From NCBI GenBank assembly GCA_051294375.1, contig CM119265.1, positions 25,947,057 through 26,011,056 of the forward strand: 64,000 bases of DNA. Direction: 5' to 3'. Below are positions 1 through 17,600 of this stretch, piece after piece. Origin of the DNA: Paraspadella gotoi. Taxonomy: Eukaryota > Animalia > Chaetognatha. Below the pieces are notes generated by a model. That model made no database searches, was not told the DNA's origin, and saw nothing but the letters and a program-made list of their open reading frames with translations. Position numbers and translations under genes: made by a program. How positions within the stretch are numbered: position 1 is the stretch's first letter; every line of letters starts with the position of its first letter.

Positions 1-845
1 CTCAGAAGTCACTAAATTATCGTAAAAATATATTATAATTTAATTTATCTTTCAACAGGTGCCGCGAGCCGCATAAGAATAGCTAAACTACATAAAATAA
101 AATAAAAATTGTATCCGTTACAACTTTGGTTTGTATTTCTTCGATGCTACGCTCTCTCTCGGCGCCGTCTTCTCAAATCACCATGTGGCATGGCTTTTAC
201 GTTCTACCGTAACATTACTGTCTATTCGTTTTGATATTAGCGAGACTCTGAATAAATTTAATCTTTTCTTATCCTTCTTCGGAACTTTTGTATTTGGCCT
301 TTACTGCTCAGGCGACAGAGAATAAAGGTTGAATTAGATAAACATTTTGAATGACTTTGCAGTTAGCTTCATTTTTGTATTAACCCGTTCTCTATAAAAT
401 ACAATCACTCAATTCGTAGGAATTTGTCCGTTGTTAATTTTTATCTCTGGAGGTATCGGAGAGTAAAAATCAAAAAGAAATTGGACGTTCGTTCGTTGCT
501 ATAATTCTTTGACGTTCGGTGCAGAAACAAAAGATATTTCTCTCAGCTTCGCCCCATCGACTCCAGGCTTTTCTTTCATTCATGATCCCGCAAAATCCGC
601 CGATGATGAAACCTTTCGCAGACTGGGACTCTCCCCCTCGCGCTCTTCCTACTCGCGGCGTCTTCGACGAATGAGCGAGTTTCTTTGTTTCGTTGGATCG
701 AGGAGCGAACGCGCCGGCGGACGAAACCTCGTGGCTCGAATTTGGCTTTTGTAAGAGCTCCGAGGAACAACTGCGACGAAATACATCGACATTGACGCTG
801 TTTCGGAGATTAGCCGGAACTCTCGTCCGGGGCGTGGAGCCTTGC

Positions 846-3802
846 ATGGTGTCCCCGTTGTCCAAAGGGATGGCGGCCAAGCCTCTCGTCAACGGAGCCA
901 CGGACGGACGGGGCCCCTTTCTCATTGGGGTGGCTGGCGGGACGGCCAGCGGGAAGGTGAGGCTGGTGGGAGGATTAGGAGATGGAACTAGCAATTATTT
1001 ATTATTATTTATTTAATTATTTCTTTTATAAAATATTTTTGGAACAATTCTGAAATGGGCAATTTTTTTTTTATCGGGTGTGACAAACATGAGCTTTTGT
1101 AAATGGGCAATGTATGGAAGTTGAGGAATAACATTTTTTTCTCACGTGTTCCAGACTTCTGTTTGCTCACGGATCATCGAACAACTCGGACAGACAGACT
1201 TATCAGACAGACAGCGAAAGGTAAGTAACATTTGAGAACTTTTATCAAGTCTTCACATGACATGACCAATGACCATTGGTGACTAACTCGTCCTCCATTA
1301 GGTTGTCTTGCTCTCGCAAGATAGTTTTTACCGCAATTTGGGGACAGAGGAGAAGAAATTGGCTTTCAAGGGCGAGTACAACTTTGATCATCCAGGTGGA
1401 ACAACGATATTATTGTATACATGTCGTTATGCAGTATTATTAATAATAATATATCATCCAGATGCCTTCGATTTCGATCTCACCATTCAAACAATGAAGG
1501 ACATTCAAGCGTCAAAAATCGTTCAAATTCCCAAGTACGACTTCAAAAGTCACCAACGCCTCGACTCGGAGGATTGCAACACAATCTATCCAGCAGGTTT
1601 CATATTTTGAAATATTTTAAATATAGTTTTTTGCTTGTCTAATCTATAAGTTTTTTTTTAATTTTTATTAATCTATTGATCCTTCAATAATCTAACCATT
1701 ATGACCCGTATTTCCCGGATGCTGTAGAATCAGGTCTGTGCCAAGATTTTTTCCCCTTTTTTTACGAAACGCCATGGTTTCTATTCTGCTTCTAATTCTG
1801 TTTTTAACTTTAAAAAATATAAAAATCACAGGCTTACCATCTTGGAAAATGAATAAGTCGCCGAAACCTTTTCTAGTTTCAGTAACTTTATAGCTTTTTA
1901 TTTAAAAATTAAAAAAAAATAATATACCAATATAAAAAATGAGCCTTTTCTGTTTCAAATGAGCCTATTTCGAACATAATATGATTAGAAATACCAGAGT
2001 GAGGCATAAAAAATAGGTATATAAAAATATAGTTTTGAAATCAAATCGTTCAATATTGAAATAATTTTTTTTATATAAGTGAATATTTATTAATATAAAA
2101 TTGGAACAACGAATATAAAAATTATCCATTCATTTAATAAATAAGCTATCTTGCCCCTGACTTTGGATAGACTTTGGTGGTTTAAGGCTTTCATCACTCT
2201 TACAAGATAATAATACTTCTAATACTTAATATTAAAATTTAATGTATAGATCCAAACCTTCAGAGGCTGTATTATGTATAAATATAATAATTTATAAAAA
2301 AGATGTTATCATAATCTGTTTAATTGTTTATGGTTAATTATTATAAAAATTGAGGGCTAAATATTTTGTACCATCCTTCACTTCATTAAAACTTCATACC
2401 TATGTTTTTAATCGTATTTTACCAAACAATAGCTCACTCGAATCATAGAAAGCTAAATTTTAAAAATGTATTGTTTTCCCCGCGATTTTGGTATTATAGG
2501 GGGCAAAAGTTAGTCCAAAGTTTAGGCGACTTATTCATTTTCCAAGATGGTATTATGTGAAATGAAACATATGACATATTTACAGATGTGGTGCTCATGG
2601 AGGGAATTCTCGTCTTTTACAATCAAGAGTTGCGCGACATGTTCCATGTAAGGATTTTAGAAATTTGTTTAGATTGGTCAGTGGTCATCCGGAATGAAAT
2701 CGTTTTAATTTTGTTTTTTAGATGAAGCTGTTTGTGGACACCGACCCGGACACCCGTTTATCTAGGAGAGTTCTCAGAGACATGTCCGAACGAGGTTTGA
2801 TCTCCTTCTTTTGCCTTCCCCCCTTATTTTTTGCTTTCACGTTTTTTGTTTTTATTTGACTTGACTATTGATATGCCGGTCGTTCTTTTTTGTAAATGAA
2901 TGTGTGTGAATTTTTATTTTTTTTTGTGGATGTTTTATTAAGAAACTGGAAAGAATTTAAATGCCAGACTTGTTTCGGTTATCGAGGCTGCTTATAGAAA
3001 AAAAAAAAAAAAAAAACATATAAAAGGTAATAATTACAAAAAATAAAAACGGCAAATCGCCTTTTCAGACGTCATTTTGGTGTTTTTGTGCCAAAATTAT
3101 CGAAAAAAAATTTTACTTATTTTTTTTGGACAGGTCGCGATTTGGAGCAGATTTTGCATCAGTACACCAATTTCGTCAAACCTGCATTTGAAGAATTTTG
3201 TCTACCGGTAAAAAAATTTTTTGAATATTTAAATTTCAGAATATTTAAATACCCATTTGTTCGAGTTAGCATTGTAGACTGTAGCGAAATTCTCAAAAAA
3301 AATCTAAATTAAAAATTAAAATTTAATATAAATTTTTAAAAACTGGATAACTTTTTTCGTTTAGTGAAGTCTGCCTGAGATAAAATGGCCTAAAATTTTG
3401 GTTTCCTCGATTTAGTCTAAGAAATATGCGGATGTCATTATCCCGAGAGGAGCCGACAATCTCGTTGCAATTGACCTCATCGTTCAACATATACAGGTTA
3501 GTAATATTTTAATTTTACTTTTTATTCTTTTTTGTGAAATCCTTTCTTTCGTTAACGTTACACATTACACAATCTTTCAAATCGCATTTAGGAATTGCTG
3601 AGGGCGAATGGAAATTCCCATTCTCACTCTCGCGCCGTTCATAGCGGTCGAGTAAACAGGTAGTTACTATTGTGTAAACCTTCCTAGTTCAGGCCTTATA
3701 GGCTTTAACTAACGTGGCTAACTTACTACATATTTTTGTAATTCTTCTTTAAGGAACCGCGCGCGACACAACTCTGATTCCCAAGTCGGTCGTCCGCACT
3801 GA
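846..3802 (+). CDS. UCK2: Uridine-cytidine kinase (UCK1/2 family), 10 exons, ~270 aa
   Basis: Exons 846-956, 1155-1220, 1302-1395, 1462-1596, 2586-2647, 2722-2794, 3134-3207, 3416-3496, 3592-3659, 3754-3802; all GT-AG, phases consistent (813 nt). Motifs: [15 protein letters not shown] (P-loop), [69 protein letters not shown]-terminal RPH*. Confidence 0.95.
1837..2550. mobile_element. Non-autonomous Tc1/mariner-like DNA transposon (MITE) in UCK intron 4
   Basis: ~31-bp terminal inverted repeats CCATCTTGGAAAATGAATAAGTCGCC(G/T)AAAC at both ends, flanked by TA on both sides (1835-1836, 2551-2552); no coding capacity seen. Confidence 0.8.
2095..2212. repeat. Dispersed interspersed repeat family (unclassified)
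   Basis: AATAAGCTATCTTGCCCCTGACTTTGGATAGACTTTGGTGGTTTAAGGCTTTCATCACTCTTACAAGATAA recurs inverted at ~43676-43815 and partially at ~43986-44022, ~21461-21489 and ~49965-50048. Confidence 0.7.
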
Positions 3803-4415
3803 AACTGATCTGTCTTCTTTAAATGATCATTCCATCCCGTTTAATTTAAAAACATGACACCTTTAGATTACCGAAAAAAGTGATTTTTATTAATACAAAA
3901 TGTTGACAACTTTTCCAGAATGACGTAGCATAGAAAATGAACCGATTAAGTATTTCTTTACAATTATTAGAGAAAAAAATCCCAATTTTATGTAAACAAA
4001 ATGTCTTGATCTGGTATTGCGGATACGAAATTTAAAAAATTTCATCCTGATGTGATTAATTTTACAATTAATGAAAAATCTGTAATATACAATGAAAAGT
4101 GAAAGCTGCTTTTAATTCAATGATACTAAATAATTCTAGTTGATTCTTTGATTGGTTTTTTTTTAATGTTTTTTGTTGTTTTTTTCTGTCCAGAAAGTAA
4201 CGAAAATGCAAATGTGATCTTTTAATATTGCACGACACTAGACAGTTTTGGAAAGTCAACAAATAAATAGCTCGATCGAATGAGAACATTTTCGAGACTC
4301 GACTTCATCTTTTAGTGGAAAACTTCAAGGTAAAAATGGGTAATCTATGTACAAGTATGTATTTCGGACTTGGAAAGTTGTTGAAGATATTCGAAAGGTA
4401 TGCAGTAGAAAGAAG

Positions 4416-6524
4416 TTATACTTTCAAGAAATCGTCTGGGTTTCTCAGGAAGAAGAGTATGGCCGTAATTATGTTGAACAGTGTTCCGATTAAGTTCACG
4501 TAGAAGCACCACCCAAGTCTGCGAATGTAACAATCTTTGTTATGAGAAGTTAATTTTAATTATTATCTTAATCTCATGACTTGAAAGAAATATCTGGGAT
4601 ATAGAGGAGATGGGTTTTCTTATTTACGTTAAAAACTGAATTTCTAACCTGTAGTCATTCAGATGAACTTCTCGTTCTCCGCCGGTGTATTTCACTAAAA
4701 TATTCAACATTATTACATTTTTCTTGGGCAATATATAAGTTGTTTTAACAATGAAAGTTTTCAAAAGTTTTTTATCAGTCAATTGAAATTACACTCACCA
4801 AAAACTTTTTTGACGAAGTCATCTGAGAAAATTCTTCCCGTGAAAACTCCCATTCCAATTATAGTAAATATGAGGATAACGATGTAGGAAAGTCCCATCA
4901 GAAATGGTGGATTGTAGCAATGCTTTGTATACAAAAATATATATTGCTAGACTATTATTAATAATAATAGTATTATTATTGATTTTTAAAATTTAGGCAG
5001 GGATAGTAACCTTGTCAAGTCTGTTGCCCATATGGTGGAGTATGGTGAGAATAAAGAATGCGATTTGCAGTGATATGGCAATTCCATAGAAAACCTGAGA
5101 GAAATATAAGGCCATATAGTTATTAACAAAATATTTAATGTTGAATCAGGAAAGTCATTATTTGCTTTTTGGCTTCCTTTTTATGTGTACTATGTTTTGT
5201 AACAATTGTTTGAGAATGAGTCGCACCTGCACAACAGGAAATAAAATTTCTGCTTCATATACTGGAAACCGGTTGTCCTGGTCGTTAAAAACTGTAAACA
5301 GAACACAATTGTTTGTTTTAAGTCTATCCTCTATACATTTTTTACAAATTCAAGGGGTTAGGAATTAACCTGGTGCTATTCTTCTGAATCGAAAATGGTT
5401 TAAGTTGCATCCTTTGTTTGAGTAACAACTTTGATAAAGACCAATGCTAAATTAAAATTGTTTTAAAACATTACCATTTAAGGAAAAACTCGAAATCGAA
5501 TTCTTAGAATTAAAGGTGAAGGTGAGACGCACGCAGGAGTCTGAAATTGATCTTCTGCGATGTTACTATTAAAGTTTTAGGCTTATTTTTTTTACATTCG
5601 CCGCCCGGGATTTTGCGGTCTGTTATTTTTTTTCACTTCTTATGAGCTACGTAAAAATAAAAAAAAGGATACTGGTAAGGGTAAAAAACTTATTACAAAT
5701 CCCTAACCACCCCTATTTCCTAACCAACCTTAACCCAATTGTTAACGTTTAAAAAATATATTTTTCCTTTCCTTTATTTGTTTATGTACGAGTTTTATTA
5801 AGAAATATAAATTTCGGACATGTTTCGGCTTCAATGTAAACCTTCATTAGCGCAAAAACGAATTTATTTGTGAAACAAATATTTTCACAGAAGTCTGAAG
5901 AGAGAGAGAAAGTCTGTAAAAATATTTGCTTCATAAATCAATTCGTTTTTGCGCTGATGAAGGCTTACATTGAAGCTGAAACATGTCCAAAATTTGTTTC
6001 TTTATAAAATTTGTACATAAACAAATAATCTTTTTTTACCTCAAACATAAAAATAGCAATTAAAATAAATTTAAAACAATTATTATTTATTATAAAATTA
6101 TAAAATTTGTTTTACAGAACAAAAAAATGTATATTATTGCGCAAACTGAGACTCGACGCTAAAGGGAAAACAAAGCACCGACCGTTGGTACCTAAGGTTA
6201 GTTGCGGTCGTTGAATAGTCAAGTTATTCAAGTTTTAAATCTTTCTTTTATCATTTTCCACTGATTAATCTAAATAAAAAATGGTAACCTCGTGAGATGA
6301 CCATCTGGGTATTCTCCTCCTAAGTTAGCTCCAGCCCCTGTTGCAGTTCCTGCTCTGTCAATCCAGTGTACCGTTGGTATTGAAATGATGTTGGCAACAA
6401 GCGCCAATGACGCGAAAACTGCGATCAAGATTAATCATTTTTGCAAGTTTTTAATGCTAATTGATAACCGAAATTAACAATTGGTTTTCTTACCCAATCG
6501 TAATACAGTGATAGTAGTCGCCAT
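4416..6524 (-). CDS. PMP22/EMP/MP20/claudin-superfamily four-TM protein, 8 exons, ~227 aa
   Basis: Exons (minus) 6524-6494, 6418-6289, 5446-5370, 5291-5227, 5094-5011, 4946-4799, 4694-4649, 4518-4416; phases consistent (684 nt). MATTITVLRLVFASLALVANIISIPTVHW...SIGLYQSCYSNKGC (claudin W-GLWxxC-C signature), TM2 VFYGIAISLQIAFFILTIL, TM3 LMGLSYIVILIFTIIGMGVF, TM4 LGWCFYVNLIGTLFNIITAILFF. An alternative last splice to an exon ending at 4312 is possible. Confidence 0.8.
5580..6229. mobile_element. Composite non-autonomous element, copy 1: degenerate TIRs, CCCTAA-like tract, internal inverted repeat with hammerhead motifs
   Basis: Collinear with 20354-21027 along its length (GGCTTATTTTT..ACATTCGCCG ... 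GTTGCGG..GAATAGT.AAGTTA); internal inverted repeat 5810-5890/5913-5995. Confidence 0.75.
5954..5987 (+). ncRNA. Minimal type I hammerhead ribozyme motif (Penelope-like element type)
   Basis: CTGATGA-A-GGCTT-ACATTG-AAGCT-GAAA-CATG-TC: intact core boxes, stem II, palindromic CATG stem-III loop and GUC cleavage triplet; stem I weak. Inverted sister copy at ~5817-5850 has CTAATGA. Confidence 0.6.
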
Positions 6525-7698
6525 TATTAGATGGGGAAAAGCTTATTTTTTTAAAAATTCTATTTTTTTCCTGTTTAATTTTGTATATTATTCTGTGTTT
6601 GGATATTTTGTTTTTTCAAAAATATTTGAATGCGCTAGAATTGTGGCCGAAAAGACAGTAACGGAGAACCGTTATCAGTGCCCTTCCTCCGTCCAAAGGT
6701 AAAGATTATAAGGTGATAAGGATTGAAATATTTCCTCCCGTTTCTGATTGTCCTTACTTGAAAAGGGGATTCCATTGATACTCAACGATGAGTAAGAGGT
6801 TCTATTTAAATATATAGCATTAAAGAATTAAATGTCAGGAAGAGCTAACGTGACGTCCGGTTTGTTATTTTTGGACTTATATTCAAAAAACCACTAAGAA
6901 TTGACTGGAACCATCCGTTTCACTCGGTCTTTTAATGTGATTCTGCACAAACAGCCTCCCAAGAGTGATTCCTATTTTCAAATCCCACAACGTTTATTCA
7001 CTTCAAATCTCTTCTATGGTCTTAGATTCTTAGGGTGCAAGTAATGGAAAGGGAGACGGGGGTGAAGCTCGAGAAACGGGATCATACACTCCTCTCTGTC
7101 TCCCTCTTTTTCTCGGCATCGTTTCTGATCTCTCTCTTATCTTTTTCCTCACGATGCCTTGTCCCGTCATCGCGTCGAACTCTCATTCATCCGTAACGGT
7201 TTTTTTTTCTCCGCTGCGTCTTCGACCCGTCGACGTCAGTGGTTGGTGTTCTCAAATCGGACAGGGGGCCCCTGCTGTTGTTGATGTCGATGTTCCCTTT
7301 TTTCGCGCCTCTTCCCGATCCCATAGAGATTGGTCGGCGAGGCTCCTCCTCAACTCGAACTACTTTTCCCGTCTCTTCCGCCATTCTTGCATCCTTGGCG
7401 TCCCTTTTTCTCTCTCTCTATCCTTCTCTCTCTTTCCGTTTCTCAATAAAAAAAGAGAAATGGGAGAGAAAAACGAGGGCATTGGAAAACGTACATGTAA
7501 ATTTTTTAACTCAACGTCGAATTTGAATAGTTTTTTTTTTCGCGCAAGTTTCTTTTTATTTTCAGTTGACGAATTGAATCAACCTGTTATCTTCTTTTAT
7601 TTGATCGACGCAAAAGCTTTATTCCTTCGTTCCCACCCTGCCCCCCTCTTTTTTTCTCTCTCGTGCCTTCTTCGCATCTCACCGCTTTCTCTCTTCTT

Positions 7699-7751
<53 letters not shown>

Positions 7752-8377
7752 GATTTCCGCCAGCTTCTTCGGACTCGCTCTCCCGCTCTCTGTCATCCTC
7801 GTATCGGAAGAGGCGGAGCCCCCGGGAATAACGAAGGGACTTTCGAAGGCGGGACCTCAGATCCTCGCGATTCTCCAGTGGGGCGCTCCACCGAAAAACT
7901 CCGGAGCGGCGAGCGCCCAATCGAGGAGAAAAACTCTTATAACTCTTGGAATCGCGCGACCTACCTCGTGGCGCCGCCGCCGCCGCCGCGCGAGGCCTTA
8001 CCTCGTCCTCACCTTTTTTCCTTGGAACGGATATCAATCGGCAATTCGCTCGAGTGGAGGAAGAGGAGGAGAAAGAAGGGGGAGGGAAAAAAAAGGAATC
8101 TCCCTGACTCGCGCCGCCGCCGCCCCCGCTGCCCCGTGGACGCCGAGGAACTCACCCTAATTTAACTCCGCCCTCTCTTCTCCCTTTCGTCCTCTCCGAT
8201 ACTTTTGCTTGGAAGTAAGTAATTTCATCGTAGCTCAAAACTTTCAACTTTTATTAAATTAGTATGCCTTGATGAGTTAATTACGCTTCAAAGAACCCGC
8301 GACGTCTCAAGCCCTTGTAATAGTATTGTTTTTTTATGTGTGTTCCAGCCCTGGAGTCGAACGACCAACCTTCGGAT

Positions 8378-12637
<4,260 letters not shown>

Positions 12638-12756
12638 ACGGACGCTCCGCGCACTTAAAATCCCTCCGGCGCGTGCGACGAAAATCTTCGCGTGCATCTT
12701 GTCGCTCGCCAAAAGTTTTACGCGCACGTCTCGCCCAAGACAATGAAATCAAAGGC

Positions 12757-12791
<35 letters not shown>

Positions 12792-14644
12792 TTTGTTCCC
12801 ACGTTTCTTTTCGTGTCAAATCGAAATACGAAGTAAATATAAAAGCGATTTATCACAATCCGTCGAATTAAAACTTTTCATCTTTTTTTTTCTCTGTCGA
12901 ACTGATTCGGTAGGGTTTATTTCTGCCCCTATTTTCTCACCCTCCCTAGTCCCTACCCATTACTATTTGTTTCCCTTCTCTTCTCTCTTTCTTTCGTCTT
13001 TTGTTTGAGCGAAAACGAAGGTGTTTTTAAATTCGTTTATCTTTTTAAATGTTAATTATTGATACGATTTATTTTAATTTTCAATGCGTGAGTGTATACG
13101 ACATGATATATTTTATTTATTCCGCCTCACATCCAAGTGAGGATTTCCCCAAATTTCTCAAAATCTCGCGCGATTAAGTTTTTAAATCTTTAAAAATATG
13201 AAGCTTCGTTTTTGCCGCAGACTTTTCCGGCCGACCCTCTTGCGAGGACAATATCTTCATATCAGTTCTCAGTTATCACTGGTTATATAAAAAAGTTCTC
13301 TTTTTAAAGTTTTTCTTGTACAGATAGTTTAAGTACTTTACAAGCGTTGAAAATAAAATTATAAACGATTATTCATACTTCGATGATAATTATAATTATT
13401 TTTCGTTTACAATTTAATGCGACAAGTTTTAAAACTACAGAATTTCTTCTGCCAAGAAAATAAAAAAACGACGAACTACTGTATCCTAGTTTTATTATCC
13501 TAGTTTTATTAGACTTCATAAAGTAGACTTACTTTTTAGTTTCAAAAGTTTTAGGACTTTCCAATACATTTATTCTCACCTTTCTCATTTTTATTTTGTC
13601 TCGTTTTAAAATTTATTGTTAAATGTATAATGGAGTTATTGTACATGGGGTGCCCGTTAATATCTCTCGAGTCACCGCTGTTTATATTATATTTTCGACT
13701 TCACTGACCAATTCCGGTCAATTTAGTTTTGTGGGGGTTCCATTCAGCAATATGTAAAAGACTTGGAGATGGCGTTTCTGCTTCTGCGAGGTTTCCTGTA
13801 ATATTAGCGTTCGCAATGAAACTATCGTTTTACGTCGCTCAAAATGTTTTGAGGCATTCCACGAAGTGAATTTGTAAATAACGTTAAATTTGTTCGTTTA
13901 TGTAAAAAAAGGTTCTAACAAAACGAATCCTAAAATACTTTTCAGACTCCGTGAAAAACATTGTTTGCTTTTTTTCCCCATTCCAAATTCTATTTTAAGA
14001 TTTTTCCATTTTTAGTTTCAAGCTGTTAACCTCTGTCCAATACCCGTGTATGATGACAGAATTTATTTTAAAACAACATGTAGAACGCATGTACATGTTT
14101 ATGTTTTATTATCATTTTTAAATTTCTCGTTATACCACATCAAAAAAGGGAGAGAGGTTAGTGGCGTTTTTTTTATTGTGAATAAAATTGTTCAATTCGA
14201 AATCTATTCAAGCGACCGCGAAAGTTTATTCATTTATCCGATCGTCATTGATGATTATTCCTGCTCCCCCCCCCTCTCGGTCCCCCCCTTCTCCCCCCCG
14301 CTTCCAATCGCATTACCGATGTGTCAAAGAGCTTTTTATCATTCCAACTTTCGGAAGCTGAGATTGCCTGTGACCCAATCCTGATTTCTTCAGATGCAGA
14401 TATATCTTATTCCCTCGTTGAATTTTGCCATGTACATAAATTGACGGCATCTTACATTAATTTGAGAGTTTTCAGTGTATACAGGGTCTAGTGATAGAAA
14501 TTAACTGTAAATAAATTGCGATAGCTAGCAAACGCATTGTGTAGACTTCTTATAACAAGACAAATTTCCTAATTAACTTTTATTCAAAGGGTTTGTCGAG
14601 GCCGCAATAGCCACATGCTTGTCGCTTTTTCTTTCATCAAAAAT

Positions 14645-17600
14645 TTAAGTCCTCAGCTCATTGACGACCAGCGGAACGCAAGGGAAGGTGTTCTGCGGCG
14701 ACATGATGCGGGCCACCATTTCCAGGAAATGATTGAAGTACTGAAAAACAAAATATGACGAAGGATTTATTTAATCAATCAGCTTGGTCCGATTACTCTT
14801 TGCTCTCCCGTCCTCTCTCGAATCATTTTTAACTCGAGCCTTAAGGCTAGTTTTCGTTTTTGTTTTTTTTTGTCTTTCTCATCCTTTTGACTCTTCGCCT
14901 ACTCTTTTTTTCTCTCCCCCCACCTTCGTCGCTCTATCCTCTTCTTCCTCGTTAATCTCCCCCACCTTCCTCCATTCACCCCCCCCCGCTTTCGCCACCT
15001 GTAGCGAGAATATGTGGTTGTTGCTTGGCGTGGAGACAAGGCTTTCGATCTCACTCACTCCCGGGTAAGTGTAGGATCCGATGAGGAGACCGAAAACGTT
15101 CGTCCGCAGCTTCAACTTGGCCGCTGTCGTTCGTACGTCTGCCGGGAGAGTCCGACGGGGGGGGAGGGGTGAGAAGATCGAAGTGTCTTATTTACAAAAT
15201 GGGAGGTATCGTCTCTAACTCGAAATGTACTTTCCACATCGTAACTACACAAACAACGGGATTCTTTTCTCTCTCACCCGCTCCGCAATTCGAAAGTCCG
15301 TCTGTCAGTACCAAAACGTCCTTGACGGATTTCCCATGTGGGCGCGCTCCTGATTTTATTTCGGGGGGGGGAGGGGAAGAACGTTGGAGATAGCGGAACT
15401 TCATACGATGATGAGCTAGAGACTTAATTTATATTAGTAGCATTTAAGTAAGTATTAAAACATTTCAGAAAAGTTTAAACTTTGCATTTTTAATGCTCGG
15501 ACAGGCTAAAATTACTATAATGGATGCGGGAAATTTTATTATCTGACTCCGGATATCGAGACAAACGAACTTGGTTTACGGTAACTGTAAAACTAACTCA
15601 GTAACTGTATTTGTATTCCGTCTGTCTCTTCGCGTTTCAAACTCAAAATCATCTACAGATACGTATACCTGACGAGGGATCCGAGAAAAGCTGCTCGGTC
15701 GCGAAGTGGAGCGCATCTCCGGTGCAGGTGGCGCCGCGCATTGGCTTCACTGATCGAATGGCGCCTTGCACGCCCTGGAAAACGAAAAAAAGCACATTCA
15801 GTTCTTTAACAAATAACATATATTTTGCCTCCAAAGTCTCATCTACCTTGAAAGCTTTACCTTTAAACACTTCACCCCCAAAACCTCTGTCACGATTTAC
15901 CTTCACCCCCAAAACCTTTTCTCATCACTAATCTCCCCACCCTATCTTTTATAAGTCCACCCTCCGCAAAACCTCGTCTCCAGACCCCTTCTCCGAACCC
16001 TCCTCTTCCCTGAAACTCTACCTCCAAACTTCTGCCTAACCTCAAAACCTTGTCTCAGAATTCACTCGGCTTATCTTCAAACCTTTTACCTTAAAACCTC
16101 ATCAACAAAACCTCTTCACAACCTCAAAAACTTGTTTCTGAACCCCCACCTCCACCCGTGAACCACGCCTCAAAACCCTCGCACCCGGGAATGGACCTGC
16201 AAGGAGAAATAATCGTCGAACTTAAAGTCGAGTCGAACTCGATGATCGAAGGTGACGAGGGCAACTCGATTCTCATTTTCCCCTCCGCCGATTCCGCCGC
16301 ATATCTTGCCCACCAACTCGGCCAACGCTTGCATCGTCTTGGCGAATTGGTCCTCCGTCAGACTTCCTGCCATTTGGAGGTGGGGGGGAAGGGGGCGAGT
16401 GGGGATTGGAGAGAGAGAGAGTGGGGGCATTTTAAGTTATTTTTCTTTTTGTTTACATCTAGTTCGTATTTGATTCTGAGGTTCAAACTGAAAAGTTAAA
16501 GATCGATTATAAATATAAATAAATAAAAGGAACGGAAGATGAAAAAAAGGAAAGGTAAGCAAATGATAAATTGAATTATTTTTAAAAGTAATTTTGAGTA
16601 AATTTAAAAAAATTGACTTCCGTCGTCTATCGATCGACGCTGATTTTTCGTTAAACTGCAACTTTCATCAAATTTCTATCCTCGATATCAGTTCATAGAA
16701 CTGAGTTCTATCTGTTAAACGATGTCAACTCTAAAACATCACAACAGGACTGTCTAATTCTATGTCTAATTCTGTCTAATTCTATGAATTTTTATTCCGT
16801 TTAAAATATAATCAAGTACTCAAATAGTAATATGTTTATTTTAAAAGCAGTAAAAATAAACTGTGACACGTGGCAATGATAATTAGATTTGAAAAAGGCA
16901 ATAGGAGAGCGAAATACGACCTCGTGAAACGTGAAGTCAAGTTTATAGGAAAATGGGAAAGGTCGCGCTTTGAGAATCGCATGTACCTACTTTTGTAATT
17001 TCTAAAAAAAATTAATTTAAAAAAAAAATTTGTTTTAATTTTTTTCATTGGTAGCCATGGTGTTATCCTTTCTTTATTTGCGATTTATATTTAGAGAAAA
17101 CAGTTTTTAATGAATTACAAAAAACGATTTTATTTGTACATATGCGAACATGTTTCGACTCTATTTTCGAGCCATCATAGAGTCCAAATAATATACAAAT
17201 AAAATCGTTGTTTGTAATTAAATAAAAACTTTTCTCAAAAAATTTTCATTTAATTTTAATTTAAAAAAAATTTATTTTAAAACAAGATTTGGAGGATCAA
17301 ACCCTGGTGAGAGGAGGATTTTATTGATTGTTTTTCAAAAAATTATTATTCAACAATATCAAATTTAAAAAATCTTCGCCCAAAGTAGTAGAAAAAAACA
17401 TTTCGTAAGTACGATTCTCAGAACGCTAGGTTAAAAAGCTGATGAACTTATCTAGGCCAAATATTAAAAAATATCAATAAATATAATCTTAAAATGCAAA
17501 ATATACATTTTAAACAATTCAATTACGCAAAAATCAATGTTGCATCTTTTATATTTTGGTTTTTGTTATCGATTTGTTTGTTTTTGTTTTCTTTGAGCAG

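Noticed and set aside
470-994. 174-aa minus ORF and overlapping ORFs upstream of UCK
   Set aside because: Antisense shadows of the GC-rich UCK 5' region and exon 1; no recognisable motif.
6419-6493. Apparent in-frame TGA or non-canonical splice before TM1 of the claudin-like gene
   Set aside because: A canonical CAG acceptor (AG at 6420-6419) gives a 75-nt GT-AG intron and a clean frame; no recoding is needed.
7154-8165. Long ORFs with SLSLSL/ERERER tracts
   Set aside because: Products of (CT)n microsatellites and the GC-rich ANP32 5' region.
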